Of a stretch of 57,867 bases of DNA, positions 47,176 through 56,763 are shown one piece after another; position 1 is the first letter of the stretch, and every line of letters begins with the position of its first letter. A program made the position numbers and the translations under genes. This DNA comes from an uncultured Nitrospirota bacterium (GTDB lineage: Bacteria > CG2-30-53-67). The stretch is taken from positions 1 to 57,867 of the forward strand of contig CALZGC010000103.1 in NCBI GenBank assembly GCA_945786985.1, written 5' to 3'. The notes under the pieces were generated by a model that saw nothing but the letters and a program-made list of their open reading frames with translations, was not told where the DNA came from and made no database searches.

Positions 47176-47646
47176 ATGTTCTCCTTTTGCTCTCGAAAGA
47201 TGATCCTGTGGCTGATTCCTCTCTTCTTCTGGGGAGCGGCGGCCGGGTTCGCGGCCGGTCCCGGAACGGAGGGTTGCGGGCCGCAGCTTTCCGAAGAAGG
47301 TTGCCCGTCGGAAGAGAGCGTGGATAGTTGTGAAACTGCAGTCTCCGGGGATAGCTGTGATGCCACTGAGGAGCGGAGCCCGGAGCTCTCCACCGGCGGC
47401 GAAGAGGCGGACGTGTCGTCCGAATCGATGCCGGTGACGCCGGACCCCGGCGCTGCGAGGCGGTCCTTTCTGATTCGCGAGGCTGATGCCGGGGGGGTGA
47501 ACGATTCCGGGAAGACCGAGTCCGGCCGGAGCGCCGAATCCTACCGTGTTGCTGCCGTGGTTCTGGAGTGCGCAGCACTTGCGCTGATGGGCACCGGGTT
47601 GGTGGGGATTGCCGTCCGGGCCCGGCGGCACAGTTCGAAGAAATGA
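47176..47646 (+). CDS. Exported acidic protein with variant PEP-CTERM-like C-terminal anchor
   Basis: Signal peptide (..WLIPLFFWGAAAGFA), low-complexity acidic body, tail VLECAALALMGTGLVGIAVRARR. Confidence 0.6.
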   Translation: MFSFCSRKMILWLIPLFFWGAAAGFAAGPGTEGCGPQLSEEGCPSEESVDSCETAVSGDSCDATEERSPELSTGGEEADVSSESMPVTPDPGAARRSFLIREADAGGVNDSGKTESGRSAESYRVAAVVLECAALALMGTGLVGIAVRARRHSSKK

Positions 47647-47765
47647 CAGCCCTGGGCTCCGGATGACTCCGGGGCGTTGGCGCCACCCGACTCCGGCGAA
47701 CCATTCGGGTTTGCCGAGCGGCTATACATAGAGGTCCTCTCCATTGGGTGTAAAGCGGGGAGGAG

Positions 47766-47800
47766 ACGCCCCGTCGGAAAACAGGCGGGGCGTTTTTTTT
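47766..47800 (+). terminator. Rho-independent terminator
   Basis: ACGCCCCGTC...GGCGGGGCGT followed by T run. Confidence 0.8.
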
Positions 47801-48182
47801 GCCCGCGGTTTTGATGGAGACTTCCGCCTATGTCACCGCCGCGGGTTCTATCACCTGTCGCGGGGATCTCCTGTGCTGGGAGCCGGTGAAGTTCTTTCAT
47901 CACGGGGTTGAGCCGCTCGTCCGGGGAAAACAGGTCCGGGTCGTGGGGCTTCCCATGTGGCAGACACCCCGTGCTTTGCGCAATACGACGCTGCAGGTTC
48001 TTGTGAGATGGGCGCCCGGGTGTTTCGGGTTCTTCCGGGGGGTGACGACGCCCTGGGGCTCCACGGAACACGGCCTTCGGTGGTGCCGACGGGTTCTGTT
48101 GCAATCTAACAATTCGGCGGGTATAGTGGCTAGCAGTGTCTCGCTGTATCGTTGCCGCTTTATGTATATGCGAGGAGATGCC

Positions 48183-48620
48183 ATGGACAAAAGAGGTCAG
48201 CCCCCCGCACCGCGAAGGGAGCCGAAAAAAAGAGCCCGCCCCGAGCTCTTCTTCATGCTCGCTCTCATGTCGGTGATCGGCTTTCTCATTCTGAAGGAGG
48301 AAGTGCCACAGGTGGAAAGTTGGTATCTGCGTCTCGTGGACAAAGACCAATGGCTTGCCGGGGAGAACTGTGGCCGCGCCGCCATTGCGGCGGCGGCCAA
48401 TTCGGATTTCGCCCGGGTCGTTGAAAACGGGACCGTGCATCCAACGGAGAACGGCTACTACGTGGAGGGTGTCATCATCGGCGAGATGGGCGACACCGGC
48501 TCGGAAGTGCGCTTCGAATTCTCCTGCTACACGCAGCGGGACGGTACGATCGTCAAGAGCCAGCGATCCGCCGCCGCCGTTAAACCCCCGAGACCGCGCG
48601 GTGCAATGCAGCAAGAGTGA
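48183..48620 (+). CDS. Hypothetical single-pass membrane protein
   Basis: RBS GAGGAG; TM LFFMLALMSVIGFLIL; soluble domain with two Cys. Confidence 0.65.
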   Translation: MDKRGQPPAPRREPKKRARPELFFMLALMSVIGFLILKEEVPQVESWYLRLVDKDQWLAGENCGRAAIAAAANSDFARVVENGTVHPTENGYYVEGVIIGEMGDTGSEVRFEFSCYTQRDGTIVKSQRSAAAVKPPRPRGAMQQE

Positions 48621-48703
48621 CGCCCGCCGATGTGCAATGTGTGCCCGCCTTTGCGCGCGCCGTTGTGCGGTGACGTGGCCGCTAGCCGAGAAGCACCGCC
48701 TGC

Positions 48704-48907
48704 CTACAGGTTGACCGGATCGCAAAGATTCTTGTCACTCTTGGCGGCCCGACCGCACAGATAGCACATGTACTGGGCGTCCTTGGACAGTTTCGCCGCG
48801 GATTTCATGTTGCGAATATTGACGATGTGGCAAAGATGCTGGTCGTGGTGCGGGTGGGCATCTTCCAGCTGCAATTCATCACGTTTTTCGGGATTCTTCT
48901 CAGCCAT
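48704..48907 (-). CDS. Small Cys/His-rich putative metal-binding protein
   Basis: RBS AAGGAG; H..HLC...CYLCGR...LC.P; promoter TTGACA-N17-TACACT at 49022-48994. Confidence 0.75.
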   Translation of the reverse strand: MAEKNPEKRDELQLEDAHPHHDQHLCHIVNIRNMKSAAKLSKDAQYMCYLCGRAAKSDKNLCDPVNL

Positions 48908-49401
48908 TTTCTTCTCCTTTGCTGTGTCACGGGCGCTGAACCCAGTCGCTGCCGTGGACTGCGCCAGGCGCCGCGCCGTATCTATGTTTGGGGAGTGTAT
49001 CCCCGGGATGAAGGGCTGTCAAGTTGACGCACAGGAAGGTCCGTATACAGCCACCGAACAGAGAAGTGGGGACCGAGGCATCCAGAAATGCCGTTGGCGC
49101 GCCACCCACGGGAAACAGACAGATTGTCTTGACAAAATTTTTGGTTTCGGGTGTGACGGGGAACCCCGCCGTACGCTCGGAGGGGATGGACTCCTTCGTC
49201 GAAAGGGGCTCCGGCGGAATGGGGCGCGCCGGGAAACTGCCCGATTTCACCGGAGCGCGCACGGCAGGTTTCCGTACGGTTGCATTTCCAGCAGCTTCGC
49301 ATTATCATGGGCATCAGGTCGAAGTGCCCTGCTGCAGCGGGCGGCCTCGCACGGAAAAGGATGAGAACAGCCCCAGAGAACAATCATGGAGAGGCGACAT
49401 C

Positions 49402-49785
49402 ATGGGACTTCGGGAATACTTTGAGAACACCAAAGGGCTTGGTGTGCTGTCCACGGCCGACAGCGAGGGGCGCGTAGACGCGGCGGTTTACGGCCGGCCC
49501 CACATACTGGAGGACGGGAGCATTGCTTTCATCGCGCGGGGTCGCCTGACCCATCACAATCTTCAATCCAATCCCCATGCGGCCTACCTCTTTGCAGAGG
49601 AGGGGCCGGGCCACAAGGGCAAACGGCTTTTCCTGACCAAAATTGCCGAGGAAGAGGAGACGGAGCGCCTCTACGCCCTTCGCCGCCGGAGTTATCCCAG
49701 TGAGCAGGAGACGAAGAAGGGGCCCAAATTCCTGGTGATTTTCCGGCTGGACAAAGAACTTCCCCTCATCGGGACCGGGGAGTGA
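49402..49785 (+). CDS. Pyridoxamine 5'-phosphate oxidase-like FMN-binding protein
   Basis: GVLSTADSEGRVDAA, THHNLQSNPHAAYLF; promoter TTGCAT-N17-TATCAT at 49280-49308. Confidence 0.85.
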   Translation: MGLREYFENTKGLGVLSTADSEGRVDAAVYGRPHILEDGSIAFIARGRLTHHNLQSNPHAAYLFAEEGPGHKGKRLFLTKIAEEEETERLYALRRRSYPSEQETKKGPKFLVIFRLDKELPLIGTGE

Positions 49786-49997
49786 CGTCGCCGCACCCAG
49801 ATCCATCCCGGCCAAGAGGCCGATTCGGACGCGACCAGCCGCCGGCATTCCCGCCCGCAGCCGCGACAGTTTATCGAAGAGCCGTTACACGCTTTTCGAT
49901 TCTTCACGCCTTTAGATTCTTCATTGACTCCACCGCTGCTGATGTTTTATGATAACGGCTCCAATTTTGCGGTCAAGAGACGGAAAGGAGTTGTGGG

Positions 49998-50936
49998 ATG
50001 TACCGGCCCGAGATCAAGGTGGTGGACTGCACCGTTCGTGACGGTGGTCTGATGAACAAGTGGCAGTTTGACGATGCCTTTGTTACCCAGGTGTACCAGG
50101 CGTTGAGCAAGGCCGGCGTTGATTACATGGAGATCGGCTACCTCAGTTCGGAGAGCGCCTTTTCCAGAGATGAAGTCGGCCCCTGGAAGTTCTGCGCCGA
50201 GGAGGACATCCAGCGGGTGACGGGGGGCGAGAAGAGCCTGAAGCTGTCGGCCATGGCCGACATCGGGCGGATCGAATACGAGGACATTCCCGGCAAGTCC
50301 GATAGTTCGCTCGACTTGGTCCGGGTAGCCTGCTATGTGCATCAGATCGACGCGGCCATCGAACTCGCACACCACTGTATGGACAAGGGCTATGAGGTGA
50401 CGATCAATCTCATGGCGGTGTCGACGGTGGGGCTCCGGGATCTGAACGAAGGCCTGGAGGACCTGGCGAAGAGCCGGGTGCCCATCATCTATCTGGTGGA
50501 CAGCTTCGGGGCCTTCTATTCGGAAGACATTGACCTGCTCGCCAGGAAGTATGTGGAGCGCCTGCCCGGCAAAATCATTGGCTTCCACGGTCACAACAAT
50601 CAGCAGCTGGCCTTTGCCAACACCATCGCAGCCATCATCGCCGGCGTAAACTATCTGGACGGGACCCTCTACGGCATCGGGCGGGGCGCCGGGAACTGTC
50701 CGCTGGAGCTGCTCGTCTCGTTCCTCAAGAACCCCAAGTTCAGGGTCCGGCCCCTGATTCAGGCCATCGAGGCCCAGATCCTGCCGTGGCGCAAGAAGAT
50801 CGACTGGGGATACTTTGTCCCCTATATGGTGACGGGTATCATGAATCAGCACCCCCGATCAGCCATGGCCCACATGGAATCGGACAACAAGGATCAAGTC
50901 GCCGAGTTCTACGACCAGCTCACCCGACCGACCTGA
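49998..50936 (+). CDS. DRE-TIM (HMGL-like) aldolase, 4-hydroxy-2-oxovalerate aldolase-like
   Basis: DCTVRDGG, EIGY, VDSFG, GFHGHNN..LAFAN, GRGAGN. Confidence 0.85.
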   Translation: MYRPEIKVVDCTVRDGGLMNKWQFDDAFVTQVYQALSKAGVDYMEIGYLSSESAFSRDEVGPWKFCAEEDIQRVTGGEKSLKLSAMADIGRIEYEDIPGKSDSSLDLVRVACYVHQIDAAIELAHHCMDKGYEVTINLMAVSTVGLRDLNEGLEDLAKSRVPIIYLVDSFGAFYSEDIDLLARKYVERLPGKIIGFHGHNNQQLAFANTIAAIIAGVNYLDGTLYGIGRGAGNCPLELLVSFLKNPKFRVRPLIQAIEAQILPWRKKIDWGYFVPYMVTGIMNQHPRSAMAHMESDNKDQVAEFYDQLTRPT

Positions 50937-50973
50937 TGAACCCCCGTTTTGATCGGACCAAAGGGCACACACC

Positions 50974-51465
50974 ATGTCTTCATTTGATATCGTCAACCGG
51001 ATCGATCTGCAGGAGGTGGACAATGCTGTCAACCTCACCAAGAAGGTGATTGCCACGCGCTACGACTTTCGCAAGTCCAAGACAGCGCTGAGCCTGAACA
51101 AGAAGGAGAAGCGGATCGAGATTCTCACTGAAGACGAGATGAAATTAAAAGCCGTGGAAGACGAGCTGATCGGTCATCTGGTCCGGCGTAAGACGGATCC
51201 CAAGGCACTCGCGTTCCCCGATGTGGAGCAGGCCTCCCAAGGGATGATCCGGCGGCGCATTCCGATCCGCGAGGGGATTGACACCGACACCGCACGAAAG
51301 ATCGTCAAACTGATCAAGGGGCTCAAGCTGAAGGTGCAGGCCCAGATCCAGGATCAGCAGCTGCGGGTTTCGGGCAAGAAGATCGATGACCTGCAGACCA
51401 TCATCGCCATGCTCAAACAGAAAGACATCGATATTCCGCTGCAGTTTGTGAACCTCAAATCGTGA
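50974..51465 (+). CDS. yajQ: YajQ family nucleotide-binding protein
   Basis: SFDIV..DLQEVDNAV, RYDF, KVQAQIQ, RVSGKKIDDLQ, PLQFVN. Confidence 0.95.
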   Translation: MSSFDIVNRIDLQEVDNAVNLTKKVIATRYDFRKSKTALSLNKKEKRIEILTEDEMKLKAVEDELIGHLVRRKTDPKALAFPDVEQASQGMIRRRIPIREGIDTDTARKIVKLIKGLKLKVQAQIQDQQLRVSGKKIDDLQTIIAMLKQKDIDIPLQFVNLKS

Positions 51466-51640
51466 GGCCCGCCTTGCCGGGACGAAACAGTGGTGGGCCC
51501 CGGCGCCGGGCAGAGCCCCGCCGATTCCTGGGGGACACGGCTGTTCCCCTATCCTTCGGAAAAGATTCAGAAAGTCTTTATCTCTCCTTCTAAATGTGGT
51601 ATTTTATTAGCAGTTGCGCCACCCCCCATGAAAGGTTTCT

Positions 51641-52882
51641 ATGTCGACGGCATCAGCCAGTTCCGAAAGGGACGGACACAGGCAGCGCGTCTTTCGGTAC
51701 GGGCGGATTTGCACCCCCGAGCGCGAGATTGTCGATGGGGCCCTGGTCATTCGGGGCCCAAAGATCGAGACCGTCGGGGAGGCCTCAGAGGTGGCAGTGC
51801 CGGCGGGCGCCGAAGTGATCGATTGCCGGGGGATGATCCTGATCCCCGGGTTGATTGATCTGCATCTTCACGGGGGCGGCGGATTCGATATGGCGGTTCG
51901 GGGCGGTCTCGACGGTGCGGCCCGCTTTCACGGGGTGCACGGCACGACGTCCATGGTACCGACGCTAGGGCCGGACACGGTGCCCGTACTTAAGGAGAAG
52001 CTGGCGGCCCTGGCTGCGGGTTACCGGGGAGTCGATCCGGAACCGCGGCCCGAGATTCTGGGGTTGAACCTGGAGGGCCCCTTTCTGAATGCAAAGCGCG
52101 GCGGCGCCTTCGAAACCGGCGCCCTGATCGGCCCGGATCCGGCCCTGATACCGCCTTTGTGCGAGGCGGCCGGGGGGACCCTGAGGCTCATGACGCTGGC
52201 GCCGGAGCTTCCCGGGGGACAGGCCTGCATCGCCGCGCTGCTGGCGCGGGGTATCCTGCCGGCCCTGGGCCATTCGGATGCCGGCTACGGGGAAGCACAG
52301 GCAGCCTTTTCGGCGGGGGTTCGCCATGTCACCCATGTCTTCAACGCCATGCGGGGGATGCACCACCGGGAGCCGGGGTGTGCGGCGGCGGCGCTGCTCC
52401 ATCGGGAGGTCACCGTCGAAGTGGTGGCCGACGGGCACCACTTGCACGATGCGACGGTGGAGATGATTTACCGGCTCAAGGGGGCTGAGCGGATGGTCCT
52501 GGTCTCCGACGCCGTGCCGCTGGCCGGCGCACCGCACGGCTCTTTTGTCATGGGGGGAGAGCGCGTGACCGTCCGGGATGGAAAGACAACCAACGAGTCG
52601 GGCCGGCTGGCCGGCAGTTTGTTGACCCTGGCGGCCGCCCTCCGGCGTGTTGTGCGGCACGGTGCGATCCCTTTTGCGGAGGCGCTGCGTATGGTGACCA
52701 TCAATCCGGCCCGTCTGCTGGGGGTATCAGAACGCAAAGGTGTGTTGCGGGCGGGTGCGGATGCAGATGTGTTGATTGTGACCCCGTCGCTCGACCTCCA
52801 CGCCGTTTACATCGGCGGGCGGGCTGCTTCCGACCCGGCGGTGGGGGCGGACTCCGTGGAGAAAGGAAGGCAAACCGGGTGA
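51641..52882 (+). CDS. nagA: N-acetylglucosamine-6-phosphate deacetylase
   Basis: DLHLHG, LEGPFL, TLAPE, GHSDA, THVFNAM, DGHH, VSDA, LAGS. Confidence 0.92.
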   Translation: MSTASASSERDGHRQRVFRYGRICTPEREIVDGALVIRGPKIETVGEASEVAVPAGAEVIDCRGMILIPGLIDLHLHGGGGFDMAVRGGLDGAARFHGVHGTTSMVPTLGPDTVPVLKEKLAALAAGYRGVDPEPRPEILGLNLEGPFLNAKRGGAFETGALIGPDPALIPPLCEAAGGTLRLMTLAPELPGGQACIAALLARGILPALGHSDAGYGEAQAAFSAGVRHVTHVFNAMRGMHHREPGCAAAALLHREVTVEVVADGHHLHDATVEMIYRLKGAERMVLVSDAVPLAGAPHGSFVMGGERVTVRDGKTTNESGRLAGSLLTLAAALRRVVRHGAIPFAEALRMVTINPARLLGVSERKGVLRAGADADVLIVTPSLDLHAVYIGGRAASDPAVGADSVEKGRQTG

Positions 52883-55104
52883 AAGGCATTCATCGGTTTT
52901 TTCCGGTACTCTCCCTGACGTTCCTGTTCACGCTATGCGGCGGTAGCTCCGTGGAAGGGGCCTGGTCCGGGAAGCTTGCCCAGATGCAGGCTTCGCCGCC
53001 CGGTCTGCCAAGGCCGCCCGCTTCGCAGCAAGACCCTGCCCGCTTGCGCGAAACGCTCACGGAGGGGGTGGCCGCTCTGCAAAAGGGGAACCCCCTCATG
53101 GCATGGCTGCTGCTGGACGGGCTGGACGAACACTATCCTGTCGTGGGTGACTACATTCTCTACTACCGGATTCAGGCGATCGCCGAAACGGACGATCATA
53201 CAGTGGCCCTCTCTTATGTCACCTATTTTCTGCAGCGGTATCCGGACAGTGTACTGGTTCCGCGCGTGCGCGTGGAAGGGGTCAAGGCCCGTGTGGCTCT
53301 GGGGCTCTTCTCCGCGGCCAGGGAAGAAGCCGAAACTCTGCTGGCCGAGGAGGTGCCGAACGGGTTGAAGCGAGAGCTCACGCTGCTGGCCGGCTTGACG
53401 CACGAAAGGGAGGAGAGCTGGAAGGCCGCGCAGGAGCTTTATCAGCGGCTGGCCTACAGCGAGCCGACGTCGCCGGAGGGGGAAGAGGCCGAGCAGCGGA
53501 GCCTGCGCATTGCTCGCGAGAGCGGGGTAAGCGCCGGGGTCCCGGATGCGTCGCTTTTTCTGAGCAAGGTGAAAGCCCTGAACCGGGGGCTTCGATTCGG
53601 GCAAATGATCGAGGCTTGCGAAGACCTGGAGAAAGTCCAGCCCAAGGGGGAGACGACTGACGAGGCCCGTCTGCTCAAGGCCAGGGGCCTGATCAAGAAG
53701 GGCCGCGCGGAGGCCGGCGTTCGGCTGTACAAGCAGTTGATGCGCAAAGGAGCGTCCCATGGAATTCGCGCCGAGGCAGCCTACCGGCTCGGCAGCCATT
53801 ACTGGAACGGTCACGGCAATGCCCTTGCCAAGCGCGAGTTCAAACGTCTGGTCCGGAAATATCCCCGCAGTTCGTGGAGCCTGCACGCGCATTACGCTCT
53901 GGGGCGGATCCATGAGAGTGACGAAGATGCGGGGCGAGCCCGGGACCACTATCTCAAGGTCGGCAAGCTGAACCCGGGGCACGATCTGGCGGTCAAGGGA
54001 GCCTGGCGCATCGGTTGGGTCGAGTACCGGGCCGGGCGGTACGAGAAGGCCCTCAAGGCTTTTGACCACTGTCTGAAAAGATATCGCAACGCCGATATTT
54101 ATTCCGACGCGCTCTACTGGAAGGGGCGGTCCGCAGAGCGGCTGAAGCGCACGGAGCAAGCCGAGCGGATCTTTCGGGAACTGGCGAATGACTTCAGCTG
54201 GAGCTTCTACGGGGTGATGGCCCGCAAACGGCTGGAGGCCTCCGGAAGAACACTCGCGGCGTCAGAGGAAACAGGCGAAGTCGTGTTGCCCTGCGGGTCC
54301 GATGGTATTGCGGTGAAGAACGGAACACCCATGGCCTATCATCTTCCCCGCGCGGAGGAGCTGATTGAGATCGGTTTTTACGGGGAAGCCCGAGAGGAAG
54401 TGGACGCACTGCGCAGAGACGCCTCCGGGAATCCCGAAGTGGAGTGCTATGTCGGGGAGCTCTATGAAAAGAGCCGAAGCTTCTATGATTCGGTGCGGTG
54501 GATGTACCGGGTCGGCCTGAATAACGGTCTCGCGAAAGGGGAAGGGTCCCATTTTCTGAACCGTTACCTCTATCCCCTCGCTTTCTGGGACACCGTCCGG
54601 GACGAGTCCGGAAGGAATGACGTCGATCCCTATCTGGTCCTGGCCGTCATGCGCCAGGAAAGTCTTTTCCAGGATGATGTGGTCTCCTTCGCCGATGCCC
54701 GCGGCCTCATGCAGATCATTCCGCCCACGGGACGCAGCATTGCCCGGCAACTGGGTGTGTCGGACTTTAACCCGGAAATGCTCTTTGATCCAAAGCAAAA
54801 TATCGCCTTCGGTGTCTGGTACCTCAAGCAGCTGATGAAGCGCTCCGAGGGGGATCTGGTCCGCGTGCTGGCCAGCTACAATGCCGGGGAGAGCCGTTCC
54901 GACATGTGGTGGAACCGTCACAAGCATCTGGAGATGGATGAGCGGATCGAGTCGATTACCTTCCGCGAGACCCGGGGTTATGTGAAAAAGGTCCTGCGAA
55001 ACCTGGAGAACTACCGACGGCTCTATCCGGGAACGGGACACTCCGATGACTCCTCGGCCATGGTGTCGGGCGTCGGGGTTGGCGGCGGCGGGGCCGACCG
55101 GTAA
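52879..55104 (+). CDS. slt: Soluble lytic murein transglycosylase (TPR superhelix + SLT domain)
   Basis: Signal peptide, TPR-like repeats, RQES, ARGLMQI, ASYNAG, ETRGYVKKV. Confidence 0.9.
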   Translation: MKGIHRFFPVLSLTFLFTLCGGSSVEGAWSGKLAQMQASPPGLPRPPASQQDPARLRETLTEGVAALQKGNPLMAWLLLDGLDEHYPVVGDYILYYRIQAIAETDDHTVALSYVTYFLQRYPDSVLVPRVRVEGVKARVALGLFSAAREEAETLLAEEVPNGLKRELTLLAGLTHEREESWKAAQELYQRLAYSEPTSPEGEEAEQRSLRIARESGVSAGVPDASLFLSKVKALNRGLRFGQMIEACEDLEKVQPKGETTDEARLLKARGLIKKGRAEAGVRLYKQLMRKGASHGIRAEAAYRLGSHYWNGHGNALAKREFKRLVRKYPRSSWSLHAHYALGRIHESDEDAGRARDHYLKVGKLNPGHDLAVKGAWRIGWVEYRAGRYEKALKAFDHCLKRYRNADIYSDALYWKGRSAERLKRTEQAERIFRELANDFSWSFYGVMARKRLEASGRTLAASEETGEVVLPCGSDGIAVKNGTPMAYHLPRAEELIEIGFYGEAREEVDALRRDASGNPEVECYVGELYEKSRSFYDSVRWMYRVGLNNGLAKGEGSHFLNRYLYPLAFWDTVRDESGRNDVDPYLVLAVMRQESLFQDDVVSFADARGLMQIIPPTGRSIARQLGVSDFNPEMLFDPKQNIAFGVWYLKQLMKRSEGDLVRVLASYNAGESRSDMWWNRHKHLEMDERIESITFRETRGYVKKVLRNLENYRRLYPGTGHSDDSSAMVSGVGVGGGGADR

Positions 55105-55116
55105 AGCGGAGGTTCT

Positions 55117-56763
55117 TTGGCGAAGCCATACGATCTGATTATCCGATCGGCCCGAGTGGTCGACGGCTCGGGGGCGGCCGGATTTCAGGGCGACGTCGCG
55201 GTCCATGGGGGGCGGTTTGCATACGTGGGGCCCACCTGTCCGGGCCGGGGGCGCCTGGAAATTGACGGCGCCGACCGGGTGGCCGCGCCGGGCTTTGTCG
55301 ATATTCACTCCCACTCCGATTATTATCTGCTGGTCAACCCCCGTGCGGAGAGTAAGATCCGCCAGGGGGTAACCACGGAGATCGGCGGCAATTGCGGCTA
55401 CTCGGCCGCCCCCGTCTTCGGGCAGGTCCGGGAGGAGCGGATTCGGACTTACGCCGACCTCTTCGGACTCGATCTTCCCTGGGACGGCGTCGCAGGATAC
55501 CTGAAGCATCTGGCCAGCCGGGGTTCGTCGGTTAACTTCGCGCTGCTCATCGGACACAACACGGTTCGGGCGTCGGTGATGTACGGCAGTAATCAGACGC
55601 CCTCTTCCCGACAGCTGGCCGAGATGATGCGGATGGTGGAGGCGGGCATGGCGGCCGGTGCCGTGGGACTCTCGGCGGGCCTGATCTATCCGCCCGGCTG
55701 TTTCTCCAGGCCCACCGAACTGGTTGCCCTCTGTGAGGTGGTTCGGGACCTGGGCGGCATCTTCTCCGTCCACATGCGAAGCGAGGGCAACCGCCTCCTG
55801 GAGGCCATCGACGAGGCCATCACCGTGGCCGAGCAGGCCCGGATTCCCCTGCAGATTTCTCACTTGAAGACCTCAGGCCGGCGCAACTGGGAAAAGCTGG
55901 ATGCCGCCTTCGTGCGAATCGAATCCGCCCGGGCCCGGGGCGTCGACATTACCTGCGACCGATATCCGTATACTGCGTCCAACACCGGCCTTTCCGCAGT
56001 GCTGCCGGACTGGGTGTTCGAAGGGGGGACAGAGCGGATGCTGGCCCGGCTCTCGAAGAAGGATGTTCGGGCTGCCCTGCGCGATGAGATTGCGGCAGAG
56101 CACCCCGAGGCCGACTACTACGACAATATTATGATTGCCGCGGTGACCCGTCCCGAAAATATCGCCTACGTAGGCCGACGGGTGTCGGAGTGTGCCGGCA
56201 CCGCCGGGATGGAGACGCTCGATTTTATTGCCGAGCTTCTCATCCGTGAAAAGGGAATGGTCGATGCCATCTACTTCACCATGAGTGATGAGAACCTGCG
56301 CCGCATCCTCCACAAGCCCTACGTCATGATTGGCTCCGACAGCGGGGCCAAGGCTGTCGACGGCCCCCTGGGGGAGGGGAGTCCCCACCCCCGCGCCTTT
56401 GGAACCTTTCCCCGGGTGCTGCAGCAGTTTGTGCTTGATGAGGGGCTCTTGAGCCTGGAGGCTGCGGTGCGCAAGATGACGTGGGATCCGTTGCAGCGCA
56501 TCGGGGTGCAGGACCGGGGCCTCATCCGGGAAGGGTTCGCTGCCGATCTCGTGCTCTTTGATCCCGAGACCATCGCGGATGTGGCGAGCTATGAATCTCC
56601 CAAGCAGTACCCCCGGGGCATCGAACTGGTTCTGGTCAACGGAGAGGTGGTCCTGCGCAACGGGGAGCATACTGGAAAGACACCCGGCCACGTTGTCACC
56701 GTCGCGCGACGGGAGCCCGGGCGGGCCGAAGCACCCGCCCAGCATCGAACCGGGGGGCGATGA
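55117..56763 (+). CDS. N-acyl-D-amino-acid deacylase (D-aminoacylase)
   Basis: PGFVDIHSHSD, QGVTT..GNCG, HMRSE, SHLK, IGSD, HPRAFGTFPR. Confidence 0.92.
   Translation: MAKPYDLIIRSARVVDGSGAAGFQGDVAVHGGRFAYVGPTCPGRGRLEIDGADRVAAPGFVDIHSHSDYYLLVNPRAESKIRQGVTTEIGGNCGYSAAPVFGQVREERIRTYADLFGLDLPWDGVAGYLKHLASRGSSVNFALLIGHNTVRASVMYGSNQTPSSRQLAEMMRMVEAGMAAGAVGLSAGLIYPPGCFSRPTELVALCEVVRDLGGIFSVHMRSEGNRLLEAIDEAITVAEQARIPLQISHLKTSGRRNWEKLDAAFVRIESARARGVDITCDRYPYTASNTGLSAVLPDWVFEGGTERMLARLSKKDVRAALRDEIAAEHPEADYYDNIMIAAVTRPENIAYVGRRVSECAGTAGMETLDFIAELLIREKGMVDAIYFTMSDENLRRILHKPYVMIGSDSGAKAVDGPLGEGSPHPRAFGTFPRVLQQFVLDEGLLSLEAAVRKMTWDPLQRIGVQDRGLIREGFAADLVLFDPETIADVASYESPKQYPRGIELVLVNGEVVLRNGEHTGKTPGHVVTVARREPGRAEAPAQHRTGGR

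Noticed and set aside
49181-49200. Fluoride or c-di-GMP riboswitch
   Set aside because: GGGGATGG resemblance only; downstream consensus elements are missing
589-56745. Long antisense or alternate-frame ORFs (e.g. 589-2016, 6084-7871, 11630-12823, 33705-34679, 47541-48725, 54262-55863)
   Set aside because: Shadow ORFs of GC-rich genes with no motifs, overlapping well-supported genes
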